A DNA stretch of 64,000 nt from a virus, in the IMG/VR virus record IMGVR_UViG_3300034101_003866, positions 32,001 through 96,000 of that record. One strand, 5' to 3'. The translations under genes were made by a program, and so were the position numbers. How positions within the stretch are numbered: the first letter of the stretch is position 1; every line of letters begins with the position of its first letter. The notes under the pieces are model-generated. The model did not search any database. It had not been told where the DNA came from and worked only from the letters and a program-made list of their open reading frames with translations. Of this stretch, positions 18,917 to 27,155 are shown in pieces.

Positions 18917-19296
18917 ATTACACAGAAAGTTTTGAGCAATTTGCTAGCAGAGTCACGCCAACCGATTTAGCCCTATATGCTGGGGCTGGAATTATTCTAT
19001 GGATTCTATTCAAGGATAAACTAAGTCCAGTACAAAAATTCTTAGGAGACTTGGTTGGTGGTCTAAAGTCAAAACTAAATAATGGAGCATCAGTTGTTCC
19101 AGTTGTTGTTCCAGATGTTTCTCCTGTTGAAGTATCTAAAGAGACCAAAGAAGATAATTTTTTCAAGTTAGTTGTTTCTTGGAAACAAACCAGAGATTTA
19201 GCAGTTAAAAGCGGATGCGAAGAAGCCGTTAAGGTTGCTGATCAAATGTTTCCATTCTTAAGCCCCACCGTTTGCTCAAAGGAAAAAAGTGTATGA
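18913..19296 (+). CDS. Single-TM membrane protein
   Basis: LALYAGAGIILWILF TM; ATGA coupling. Confidence 0.6.
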   Translation: MNYTESFEQFASRVTPTDLALYAGAGIILWILFKDKLSPVQKFLGDLVGGLKSKLNNGASVVPVVVPDVSPVEVSKETKEDNFFKLVVSWKQTRDLAVKSGCEEAVKVADQMFPFLSPTVCSKEKSV

Positions 19297-19790
19297 ATCC
19301 CAAACTTAAAACAGGTCTTTTAATACTTGCTCTTGCATTATTAGGAATTGGCATACTAAAACCAGATCTTGGCTTTAATAATCCAGTATCTCCATCTGCT
19401 GTTGTTGAGTTGGACGTTAAGGAACCAGAATCAGTAGAACTTAAAGAAAAAGCAGACGCTGTTATAAAAGCATTATCTGTTGATTCTGATCGTAAAACTG
19501 ATGGTTTGAGATTAGCTTATTTATATAATGATATGGCAACATTAGTTGGTCTTGATGGAGATAGTGAGGTGATTAAGAATACTGAAGAAATTAGACAAGC
19601 TAACAGACTAGCTGGTTTAATGTTAAGACTAGATATTAAGGGCAAATATGAAGACCTACCAGAAGCTGCTCAAGCATTAGTATTAACAGCAATTGGTGAT
19701 GACAATGTTTTATTAAATAAAGACCTTAGAGCTAAAGCTGTTGATGGTTTGAAAGCTTTATCCTGGGCCTGTTTACAAGGAAGCAAATAA
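19293..19790 (+). CDS. Exported or membrane-anchored helical protein
   Basis: ATG 19293 (ATGA overlap); signal/TM LLILALALLGIGIL then a Pro-rich linker. Confidence 0.6.
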   Translation: MNPKLKTGLLILALALLGIGILKPDLGFNNPVSPSAVVELDVKEPESVELKEKADAVIKALSVDSDRKTDGLRLAYLYNDMATLVGLDGDSEVIKNTEEIRQANRLAGLMLRLDIKGKYEDLPEAAQALVLTAIGDDNVLLNKDLRAKAVDGLKALSWACLQGSK

Positions 19791-20716
19791 TGCCAAGACT
19801 TTCACCACAAGAATTATATGATAATTATCGCAAGGGCTTTAGTGGATGCTTGTGGGAGCAGCACATATTTGATGAATTGATGCAAAATAGCAAATATCCA
19901 TTATTTGGTAGTGCTAGTAAAAAAATTAAGAGTAGTGGTAAGGGCAAATTATCAACTCCATATAAGAGTGTGTTAAAGTTTGACAAAAACCCTTATAATG
20001 AAAGACAAACTACTGGAGATTGTGTGAGTCATGGAACACGAAATGCTTGTGATGTTAGTAGAGCTGTCGAAATAGATGTTCATGGAGAAAAAGAAGCTTG
20101 GATAGCAAGAGGAGCAACAGAAGCTATTTATGGTGCTCGTGGTCATGGTGGAGAAGGAATGAGTTGCTCTAGGGCTGCTGAATTTGTTAGTAAGAATGGT
20201 GGCATACTACTAAGACAAAATTATAAGGGGGTAGCCGACTTTACTAAATATAATGGTAATCTAGGAGCCGGTTGGGGAGGACGAGGATTACCAGATAAGG
20301 TTATTGATGCAGCTAATGATCATCAAATTAAAACAACCAGTTTAATAAAAACAGTAGAAGAAGCACGAGATGCTTTAGCTAATGGTTATGGTTTAGCCGT
20401 ATGCTCTAATTATGGATTTTCTAATAAGAGAGACAAGAAGGGCATTGCAAATACTAGCGGAAGCTGGGGCCATTGTATGGCTTGGATAGCATGTGACGAT
20501 ACCGGAAGCGAACCATTATTCTTAGTTCAAAATAGTTGGGGCAAATGGAATGACGGTGGTCATCCAGAATGGGGCCCCATACCAGACGGCAGTTTTTTAA
20601 TACGAGCCGACGTAGCAGCAGGGATGCTTTCACAAAATGGAAGTTATGCGTTTAGTAATTTTGACGGATTCCCTGTTCAAAAGCTACCATCTTACGGTTT
20701 TGAAGACTATCTATAA
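19790..20716 (+). CDS. Papain-like (C1) cysteine protease
   Basis: QTTGDCVSHG (oxyanion Gln, catalytic Cys), WGHCMA (His), VQNSWG (Asn). Confidence 0.9.
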   Translation: MPRLSPQELYDNYRKGFSGCLWEQHIFDELMQNSKYPLFGSASKKIKSSGKGKLSTPYKSVLKFDKNPYNERQTTGDCVSHGTRNACDVSRAVEIDVHGEKEAWIARGATEAIYGARGHGGEGMSCSRAAEFVSKNGGILLRQNYKGVADFTKYNGNLGAGWGGRGLPDKVIDAANDHQIKTTSLIKTVEEARDALANGYGLAVCSNYGFSNKRDKKGIANTSGSWGHCMAWIACDDTGSEPLFLVQNSWGKWNDGGHPEWGPIPDGSFLIRADVAAGMLSQNGSYAFSNFDGFPVQKLPSYGFEDYL

Positions 20717-20746
20717 TATAGCGGTCTAAAAGCTAACCTTAAGTTT

Positions 20747-20763
20747 GGTGTATTATATTTATA
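20747..20763 (+). promoter_or_regulatory. GGTGTA-N7-TATA putative phage promoter
   Basis: GGTGTATTATATTTATA, intergenic before ORF 20780. Confidence 0.55.
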
Positions 20764-20779
20764 CCTTTAGGGTTATGTT

Positions 20780-20974
20780 ATGAAACTATTAGATAGAATT
20801 GCTTTAAATAATCTATTACGAATAATAAGAGAACTTATTATACGAATGGTTGAATTTTTTGAAAAAGAAAATAAGCCAGTCAAACCAGTACCAAAACCAA
20901 GTCCAAATAGACCTCGCCCTTTGAAAAATATTATAGACTTGATACCTGTTCCATGGAGAACAAAAGATGAATAA
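20780..20974 (+). CDS. Small amphipathic, Pro-rich protein
   Basis: 64 aa, overlaps the next gene. Confidence 0.55.
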   Translation: MKLLDRIALNNLLRIIRELIIRMVEFFEKENKPVKPVPKPSPNRPRPLKNIIDLIPVPWRTKDE

Positions 20975-21314
20975 AATATTATTACCAATTTTAGCAGTTG
21001 CTATGATATTTGGGTCATATGGATATCATGGGTCAACAACTTCCGCAGTAACTCTTGTGGGGGGAATTGTTAAGGCTCAACATACTGAAAGTGTGAAAAA
21101 ATACAAAAGAAAAGACTGTCCAATATGCAAAGGCAAAGGATACTATATTAGTGGTGACGGTATTGAAAAAGTTAACTGCGGATATTGTATTCCTGATAAG
21201 AGTGACACTCCAAAAAACCAATTACCAAACACATATCCAAAAGTTATTACTCATCCTCCAGTAACTATTCAACAAAATTGCCCAAATGGCGTTTGTCCAA
21301 TTCCTAAAAAATAA
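20967..21314 (+). CDS. Exported protein with DnaJ-like zinc finger and C-terminal CPNGVCP
   Basis: Signal peptide, CPICKGKG...CGYC, CPNGVCP. Confidence 0.65.
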   Translation: MNKILLPILAVAMIFGSYGYHGSTTSAVTLVGGIVKAQHTESVKKYKRKDCPICKGKGYYISGDGIEKVNCGYCIPDKSDTPKNQLPNTYPKVITHPPVTIQQNCPNGVCPIPKK

Positions 21315-21325
21315 AGGTATAAAAA

Positions 21326-21724
21326 ATGGACGATAATCTCAGAGAAAAATTAAAAGCTATCGCAGAAAAAGTGTTAAAACAAGCCAATGTGCCAAATGAT
21401 GAAAAATTTGGTAGTGTTATTGCTATACTAATGATGATTAGTATAATACTTACAGTAATTAGAGTATTACAAGAATGCAATAAAAATAAAACACAAGGCA
21501 TGACATCAGAAAACAAACAATCACTCTATGCTGAAAATATTAAATCTTATAGTAAAAAACGAGGTTGGTTTACTAGACTAAGAATAAAAAGAATTCTTAA
21601 AAGAGAACTGACCTCAGAAGAATATAATAAATACGGCATTAAATTAACAGAAGCATTGTTAGATATAGGAGAAACCCTCAAGGATGATGAAGTCGCAACT
21701 CTAATGGAGGCAGCAAATGTTTAG
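21326..21724 (+). CDS. Single-TM membrane protein
   Basis: FGSVIAILMMISIILTVIRVL hydrophobic segment followed by QEC. Confidence 0.6.
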   Translation: MDDNLREKLKAIAEKVLKQANVPNDEKFGSVIAILMMISIILTVIRVLQECNKNKTQGMTSENKQSLYAENIKSYSKKRGWFTRLRIKRILKRELTSEEYNKYGIKLTEALLDIGETLKDDEVATLMEAANV

Positions 21725-21971
21725 TATATTAATCTGGTGTGTATATGGTATTTTTGTTGGCGGTATAGCAAAAGCTATAGTTCCTGGAGAAGAAAATTTT
21801 GGTTTTGTTAAGACAGTAGCACTAGGAGTATGTGGCTCCTATATGGGTGGCGCACTATTATACTTACTGGGTAAGTATGAATCGGTGTCTCCTGCTGGAT
21901 TGTTCATGGGAGTCGCCGGTGCTGTTTTAGCATTGGTGCTTTATAACAAACTACAATCATCATCAAAATAA
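21717..21971 (+). CDS. GlsB/YeaQ/YmgE (transglycosylase-associated) membrane protein
   Basis: W..YG..VG.IAK.IVPG....G...T..LG..GS..GG ... V.GAV.. pattern, three TMs. Confidence 0.85.
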   Translation: MFSILIWCVYGIFVGGIAKAIVPGEENFGFVKTVALGVCGSYMGGALLYLLGKYESVSPAGLFMGVAGAVLALVLYNKLQSSSK

Positions 21972-24720
21972 ACTAGCAATAGTTTTATATCTATATCATA
22001 CAGATTTATGGCCAGAGTTTAAAGACTTATTAAGTCGTTTAGACCTGAATTATACTTTGTATTTGGGATTATGTAAAGACAATGATAATTCCGAAATCTT
22101 AAATGATCTTAACTCTTTAAAGTGCCAAACTAAAGTTAGTTATCATGAAAATTATGGAGCAGATATAGCTCCTTTTTTATCTCAGCTTCATGATATAAAA
22201 GAGTCTCTTTTTATTAAAATCCATGGTAAAAAAACCAATATAGGAACTCATAACCATGTGAATTGGAGATCTGTTTTATTAAACGATTTGATTGGTGGCC
22301 CAGATATAATAAATTCAAATGTCTTAGCGTTTGAAGATGAATCAGTCGGTATGATATCCCCAAGACCTTTCATATGGTCCAACTTAGAGGGATCGAACTC
22401 CTCCAAGATACAGAAACTATGTTTAGAACTGAATATAGATTATAACTTAGTTAAAGATGGAAATTTTGTTGCTGGATGTATGTTTATGTCCAGGACAAAA
22501 ATTTTTAAAAGTATTTTTACTAAAAAGAAAATAATAAACATATTAAAACTACTTACTGAAGAAATCAACAAAGTAGAAGATATAGTTACTGGAACATATT
22601 CACATTCTCTTGAAAGAATTTTTGGTTATATTATTAAATTTAAAAACTTAACTATTAGTAATAATATTATAGATAATTATATCTTAATTAAGAACACAGA
22701 CACACAAAAAATATTTCATGCAATAAAACTATATACTAACTTTATTTATCTGCTAGAAGATATGAATGTTTATGGAGAAATATTAAAAGAAACAAATAAT
22801 ACTAAACTAATTCGATGGTATCACTTGAATAGTCCAATAGATCAATCATATGATTTATCGGAAGATGGCTATTTTATTTCCAATGGGAACAATTCCAGTC
22901 TTTTAGATGATTCTAAAATTAATTTTAAGTTTAAAACTCCTAGTAGTATATCGGTATCTATACTTTTATTTTATCCAGAGGAGTTATCTTTAAAATCTAT
23001 TAATAATATATGCTCTATGCTATTTAATAAATGTAATGAGCTAAATCTATTAAAGATAATACTAAATATTAGAAATAATTCATTAAATTATAATTCAGAA
23101 ATTATTAAAAATAATATTTTAAATTTACAAAAATACTATAGTGATTTAAACGATTTAGATGTAGAAATTAATTATTTTGAAAATTTTAACTATGGCTATG
23201 GCCGTGGTCATAATGAAAACTTTAATATTAATTCCAACACAGAATATTTTTTAATCATGAATGACGATATATTATTTCCTAATCTAGATTGGATGAATAG
23301 ATGTTTTAAAGAATTTGATGAACAAGAAAATTTAGCAATTATAGGATCAGAGCAGTCTCCTCAATTTTTAGATAATTTAGCCAACGGAATACTAAGACCT
23401 ATAATCGAAACAAATAATCCAGACTATTCTGAGGGATCGATACTTCTGATAAAATCAGATATTTTTAAACAGATTAATGGATTTGATACTTCTTTAGAAT
23501 ATTGTTATTATGAAGACGTAGATTTATGTTTTAGAGTTAAGCAGCTTGAGTATAAGATTAAAAACATAACTATTAAACATCAGCATTTTAGATCAAGTAG
23601 TTCATCAAAACTTCCAATAATAGCAAGAGAATCCATAAGCGAATTAAATAGAGCAAAATTTTTATCTAAATGGGGTGGATTTATACAAGGAAAAAAAGAA
23701 AATTTATATAATAATATATTAATAAATATAGATTTTGATGGATTTGGTGATATTGTTGACTGTTACTATCCTATTAAACAGCTATTATTGAATAACTTAA
23801 ACAATAATATATATTTATATATTTCATCTAATTTATTTCATTTATATTTGTCTTTAATCTTTTTTCATCCAAATATAACCTTCATAAAAAAAGAAGAAAT
23901 CGATAATATAAATTATGATAGTATATACTCAACAAAAAATTTAAATCTATCTCCACCATATCATACTATGGATATTATTGCATCTAAATTTGGAGTGGTT
24001 GACTTTGATACTGATCCAACGGTCATATGCTCTTATTATAAAGATAAATTAAAACATTCAACAATACTAAAACCAGATAAAAAGTATATTGTTATTCATT
24101 TTGACTCTCAAAGAGCAGGTTTTGAGTCAAGGATGCCCAATCAAGAAATATTAATCCCTATAATTCAAAAATTTAGTAAAGACTATAAATTTATTATTTT
24201 AGGTAAACATCTAGACATATCAAATATTGAATTTGAAAACTTTATATCAATCTTAAAAGACAATAACATTCTTTACGATTATAGAGATTCAGGATCAATA
24301 GAGGATATGTTCATGCTAATTTCAGAATGTTTTATGTTTTTAGGCGTTGACTCAGGGCCAAGTCATATAGCTCAATTATTTAATATTCCCAGCTATATTA
24401 TATATGGCCCAATAAATCCCGCAACTAAAATATATAGATATCACAATTCTGGTTGTTATTATAATTTAAATCATGAGTCTGGTTCTGGAACATATCATAG
24501 ATCATTAAGGCCGTCATATCATTATGACATGAGGAGAGATGAAAATTGTATAAAAGAAATAAATAGTTCTTTTTTGATGGAAGATATTGAAAAATTTATA
24601 TTAAATAATTTTATCTTTGATTGGATTCCTATCTTTGATTCTTTAAGGAGAAATCAGAGAGAGGCACTACTACTACAAATGCATAATCCTCTATATAAAA
24701 ATAAAATTTTAATTAATTAA
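21967..24720 (+). CDS. Tri-domain glycan enzyme: RgpF (rhamnan synthesis F) + GT2 + GT9-like; start codon uncertain
   Basis: Frame open upstream of TTG 22057, giving NKLAIVLYLYHTDLW; ENYGADIAPF, KIHGKK, FVAGCMF, HSLERIFG (RgpF); NYGYGRGHN, MNDD, GFD..YYEDVDL (GT2); GFGD, FLGVDSGPSHIA, YGP (GT9). Confidence 0.8.
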   Translation, partial: NKLAIVLYLYHTDLWPEFKDLLSRLDLNYTLYLGLCKDNDNSEILNDLNSLKCQTKVSYHENYGADIAPFLSQLHDIKESLFIKIHGKKTNIGTHNHVNWRSVLLNDLIGGPDIINSNVLAFEDESVGMISPRPFIWSNLEGSNSSKIQKLCLELNIDYNLVKDGNFVAGCMFMSRTKIFKSIFTKKKIINILKLLTEEINKVEDIVTGTYSHSLERIFGYIIKFKNLTISNNIIDNYILIKNTDTQKIFHAIKLYTNFIYLLEDMNVYGEILKETNNTKLIRWYHLNSPIDQSYDLSEDGYFISNGNNSSLLDDSKINFKFKTPSSISVSILLFYPEELSLKSINNICSMLFNKCNELNLLKIILNIRNNSLNYNSEIIKNNILNLQKYYSDLNDLDVEINYFENFNYGYGRGHNENFNINSNTEYFLIMNDDILFPNLDWMNRCFKEFDEQENLAIIGSEQSPQFLDNLANGILRPIIETNNPDYSEGSILLIKSDIFKQINGFDTSLEYCYYEDVDLCFRVKQLEYKIKNITIKHQHFRSSSSSKLPIIARESISELNRAKFLSKWGGFIQGKKENLYNNILINIDFDGFGDIVDCYYPIKQLLLNNLNNNIYLYISSNLFHLYLSLIFFHPNITFIKKEEIDNINYDSIYSTKNLNLSPPYHTMDIIASKFGVVDFDTDPTVICSYYKDKLKHSTILKPDKKYIVIHFDSQRAGFESRMPNQEILIPIIQKFSKDYKFIILGKHLDISNIEFENFISILKDNNILYDYRDSGSIEDMFMLISECFMFLGVDSGPSHIAQLFNIPSYIIYGPINPATKIYRYHNSGCYYNLNHESGSGTYHRSLRPSYHYDMRRDENCIKEINSSFLMEDIEKFILNNFIFDWIPIFDSLRRNQREALLLQMHNPLYKNKILIN

Positions 24721-24721
24721 T

Positions 24722-25498
24722 ATGTCTACTAAAAAAAATAAAATAGAAATCGTTTTATTTATTAAAAACGAAGAAGAATTAATAGAGTCCTCTATTCTAT
24801 ATCACAAGCAGATTACTGATAAAATAACTATAATAGATAATGGATCTACAGATAAAACATTAACTATAATCAGTAAATATTTAAATGATAATATCTCTTT
24901 GATTATAGACAATAGTAGTTTTGACAACAAGGGTAAAATATGCACAAAACAAATTCAAGATTCCAGTGCAGATATTGTAGTTCCATTAGATGCTGATGAG
25001 TTTTTATTATATGATAATGGATTAATAATTAAGGACAGTCCAAAACTTATTAGAGAATATTTACAACAGCTACCAATCAATGGGCACATGTATAAAATTA
25101 ATAAGGTTTATAACAAAATAGAAAATACTAATAATTATTGTATAGATAAAACTTATAATTCTAATAAAATTATTTTTCCAAAATTAGGATTCATTGAAAC
25201 AGACTGTGGATTTCATTTTGGTAAAGTGTCATCAGATGATAGTGATAATAAAACATATAATATAGACATATCATATTTGCATTTTCACTATTTGTCAAAA
25301 GAGCGTTGGTTAAAAAGCTGCCACCAAAAGTTAAAAGCTAGACTACAAGATAAATTTAATAATTTAGAGAGTATCATAGATTTAGCTGGCACAACAAACA
25401 GGTCAAACCACATAGCGAAAGAAATGCTATATTACTTAGCTTCTAATAGATGGCATAGATTAAAACAAGATATTGTATTTGATACTTATAATATATGA
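24722..25498 (+). CDS. GT2-like glycosyltransferase
   Basis: KNEEE, IIDNGSTDKT, PLDADEF, YLHFHY. Confidence 0.8.
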   Translation: MSTKKNKIEIVLFIKNEEELIESSILYHKQITDKITIIDNGSTDKTLTIISKYLNDNISLIIDNSSFDNKGKICTKQIQDSSADIVVPLDADEFLLYDNGLIIKDSPKLIREYLQQLPINGHMYKINKVYNKIENTNNYCIDKTYNSNKIIFPKLGFIETDCGFHFGKVSSDDSDNKTYNIDISYLHFHYLSKERWLKSCHQKLKARLQDKFNNLESIIDLAGTTNRSNHIAKEMLYYLASNRWHRLKQDIVFDTYNI

Positions 25499-26505
25499 CT
25501 AAGATACTCTCAAAACTAGATTATAATAATATTTGGGAATATTATCTAAATCTATATAAAACATGCTCAAATAACAAAGAATTTATTTCTGCAGTAACCG
25601 AAGAAAATAAAATAGTTTTTTCTAATATGGTTAATAATAAAGATATATATATAAAACATAATATTGATTTAGTATCTAGCTTTAAAAATAATTCTTTAAT
25701 TACTGTCCGTTTAGGTGGCGTAGAGAGCAGATTTTTGGTTAATAATTATTTTTTTAAAACTATTCCAATCAATTTTAAAGACAGTCATCATGCAACTGAT
25801 GATTCACAAATGAAATCAAATGCTGGAATGTATTATATTAAAAATACAGATAAAACAATGGTAAATGATTGGTGGATTTTAAACACAATAAATTTATTAA
25901 AAAATAATAAAGTTACATATATGTCGTGTTTCTTGGTCCTTCATTACGATCTATATATTCTTGCCTTATTAGATATAAAAAATAAAGTAATTGACTCTTA
26001 TACTAGACAAAGCGAGTTAATACAATATTTCTATGATAGAAAAATTCTTGTAATATCTAATGGAATAGAAGATATGCATAGATCATATAAATTAGGTTTA
26101 CAAAGACTATACAATATAGATATACATGAAGAAAAATTAAATATATCATTCATAAAGTGTCCTCAAACTACAGTCGGCATGGAAACACCACATAGTAATA
26201 TGATAGAAACAACACAATCTATAATAGATTTAATTGATAAACGATATAATGATTTTGATACAATATTATTTTGCTGTGGAGCATACTCTTCAGTATTAAT
26301 TAATTTATTATCAAAAATATATATTAATAAAAACTTATTATATTTTGGATCAGAACTATATACTATGTTCGGTCTCTATTCTAACGGAATAGATAAGCCA
26401 ACTACTAGATCCGAAATGTTTGTTATAAATAATTTTTTGCCAATAGAACAGCCATGTCCAAAAAACTGTAAAAATATCGATGACGGTAAGTATTGGAAAA
26501 AATGA
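25495..26505 (+). CDS. Hypothetical glycan-related protein (GT-D-like possible)
   Basis: VRLGGVE, NAG.Y, FD..L..CGAYS; cluster context. Confidence 0.45.
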   Translation: MTKILSKLDYNNIWEYYLNLYKTCSNNKEFISAVTEENKIVFSNMVNNKDIYIKHNIDLVSSFKNNSLITVRLGGVESRFLVNNYFFKTIPINFKDSHHATDDSQMKSNAGMYYIKNTDKTMVNDWWILNTINLLKNNKVTYMSCFLVLHYDLYILALLDIKNKVIDSYTRQSELIQYFYDRKILVISNGIEDMHRSYKLGLQRLYNIDIHEEKLNISFIKCPQTTVGMETPHSNMIETTQSIIDLIDKRYNDFDTILFCCGAYSSVLINLLSKIYINKNLLYFGSELYTMFGLYSNGIDKPTTRSEMFVINNFLPIEQPCPKNCKNIDDGKYWKK

Positions 26506-26518
26506 CATTGGTTGGGTC

Positions 26519-26546
26519 TTGACTTTTTTCGTCTCTTGTTTACAAT
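26519..26546 (+). promoter_or_regulatory. Sigma70-type promoter TTGACT-N16-TACAAT
   Basis: Intergenic; the -10 element ends 6 nt before ATG 26553. Confidence 0.65.
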
Positions 26547-26552
26547 ACCTTC

Positions 26553-27020
26553 ATGAGACCATCATGGACTGATTACTTTTTAGGATTGGCAAAAGTTGTT
26601 TCTCAACGCAGCCATGACACCCAAACTCAGCACGGTTGTGTAATTACAGATAATCATAATAGAATATTGGGTGTTGGTTATAATGGCTTTGCTCGCGGTC
26701 TTGATGATACTAAATTACCAAATATTAGGCCAGAAAAATATCCATGGATGATTCATGCAGAAAGAAATGCTTTGTCTAATTGTATTGTTAGGCCAGATAA
26801 TGGAGTAGCATATGTTACCGGCCAATGCTGTAATGATTGTATCATGGCATTATGGCAGGAAGGTGTGACAAAAGTATTTATGGCCGATGACCACGGAACA
26901 AAATTGTTTGACAGTGAAGCGAAAAATAGATTTGATACATTTGTAGATATGAGTGGTATAGAAATTTTTTATATTAAGCCAGATCTATCTTGGCTCAAAG
27001 GGTTGTGTGGTGTATTATGA
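26553..27020 (+). CDS. dCMP deaminase (ComEB/Dcd family)
   Basis: RPSW..YF, GVGYNG, IHAERNA, CNDC zinc motif. Confidence 0.92.
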   Translation: MRPSWTDYFLGLAKVVSQRSHDTQTQHGCVITDNHNRILGVGYNGFARGLDDTKLPNIRPEKYPWMIHAERNALSNCIVRPDNGVAYVTGQCCNDCIMALWQEGVTKVFMADDHGTKLFDSEAKNRFDTFVDMSGIEIFYIKPDLSWLKGLCGVL

Positions 27021-27154
27021 ATGCATTAGTATATTATATATCATGTGGAATATATTTCTACAACAGGTGGTTTAATGGTAGCTCAGAAACTACAAATCTT
27101 TCTTTTCAAGCCACTGTCTTAATAGGCATAATTGTAATTTTAAATAGGAGATAA
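27017..27154 (+). CDS. Small membrane protein, 45 aa (not in ORF track)
   Basis: MNALVYYISCGIYFYN...TVLIGIIVILNRR*; ATGA-coupled and contains the SD for nrdJ. Confidence 0.55.
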   Translation: MNALVYYISCGIYFYNRWFNGSSETTNLSFQATVLIGIIVILNRR

Positions 27155-27155
27155 T

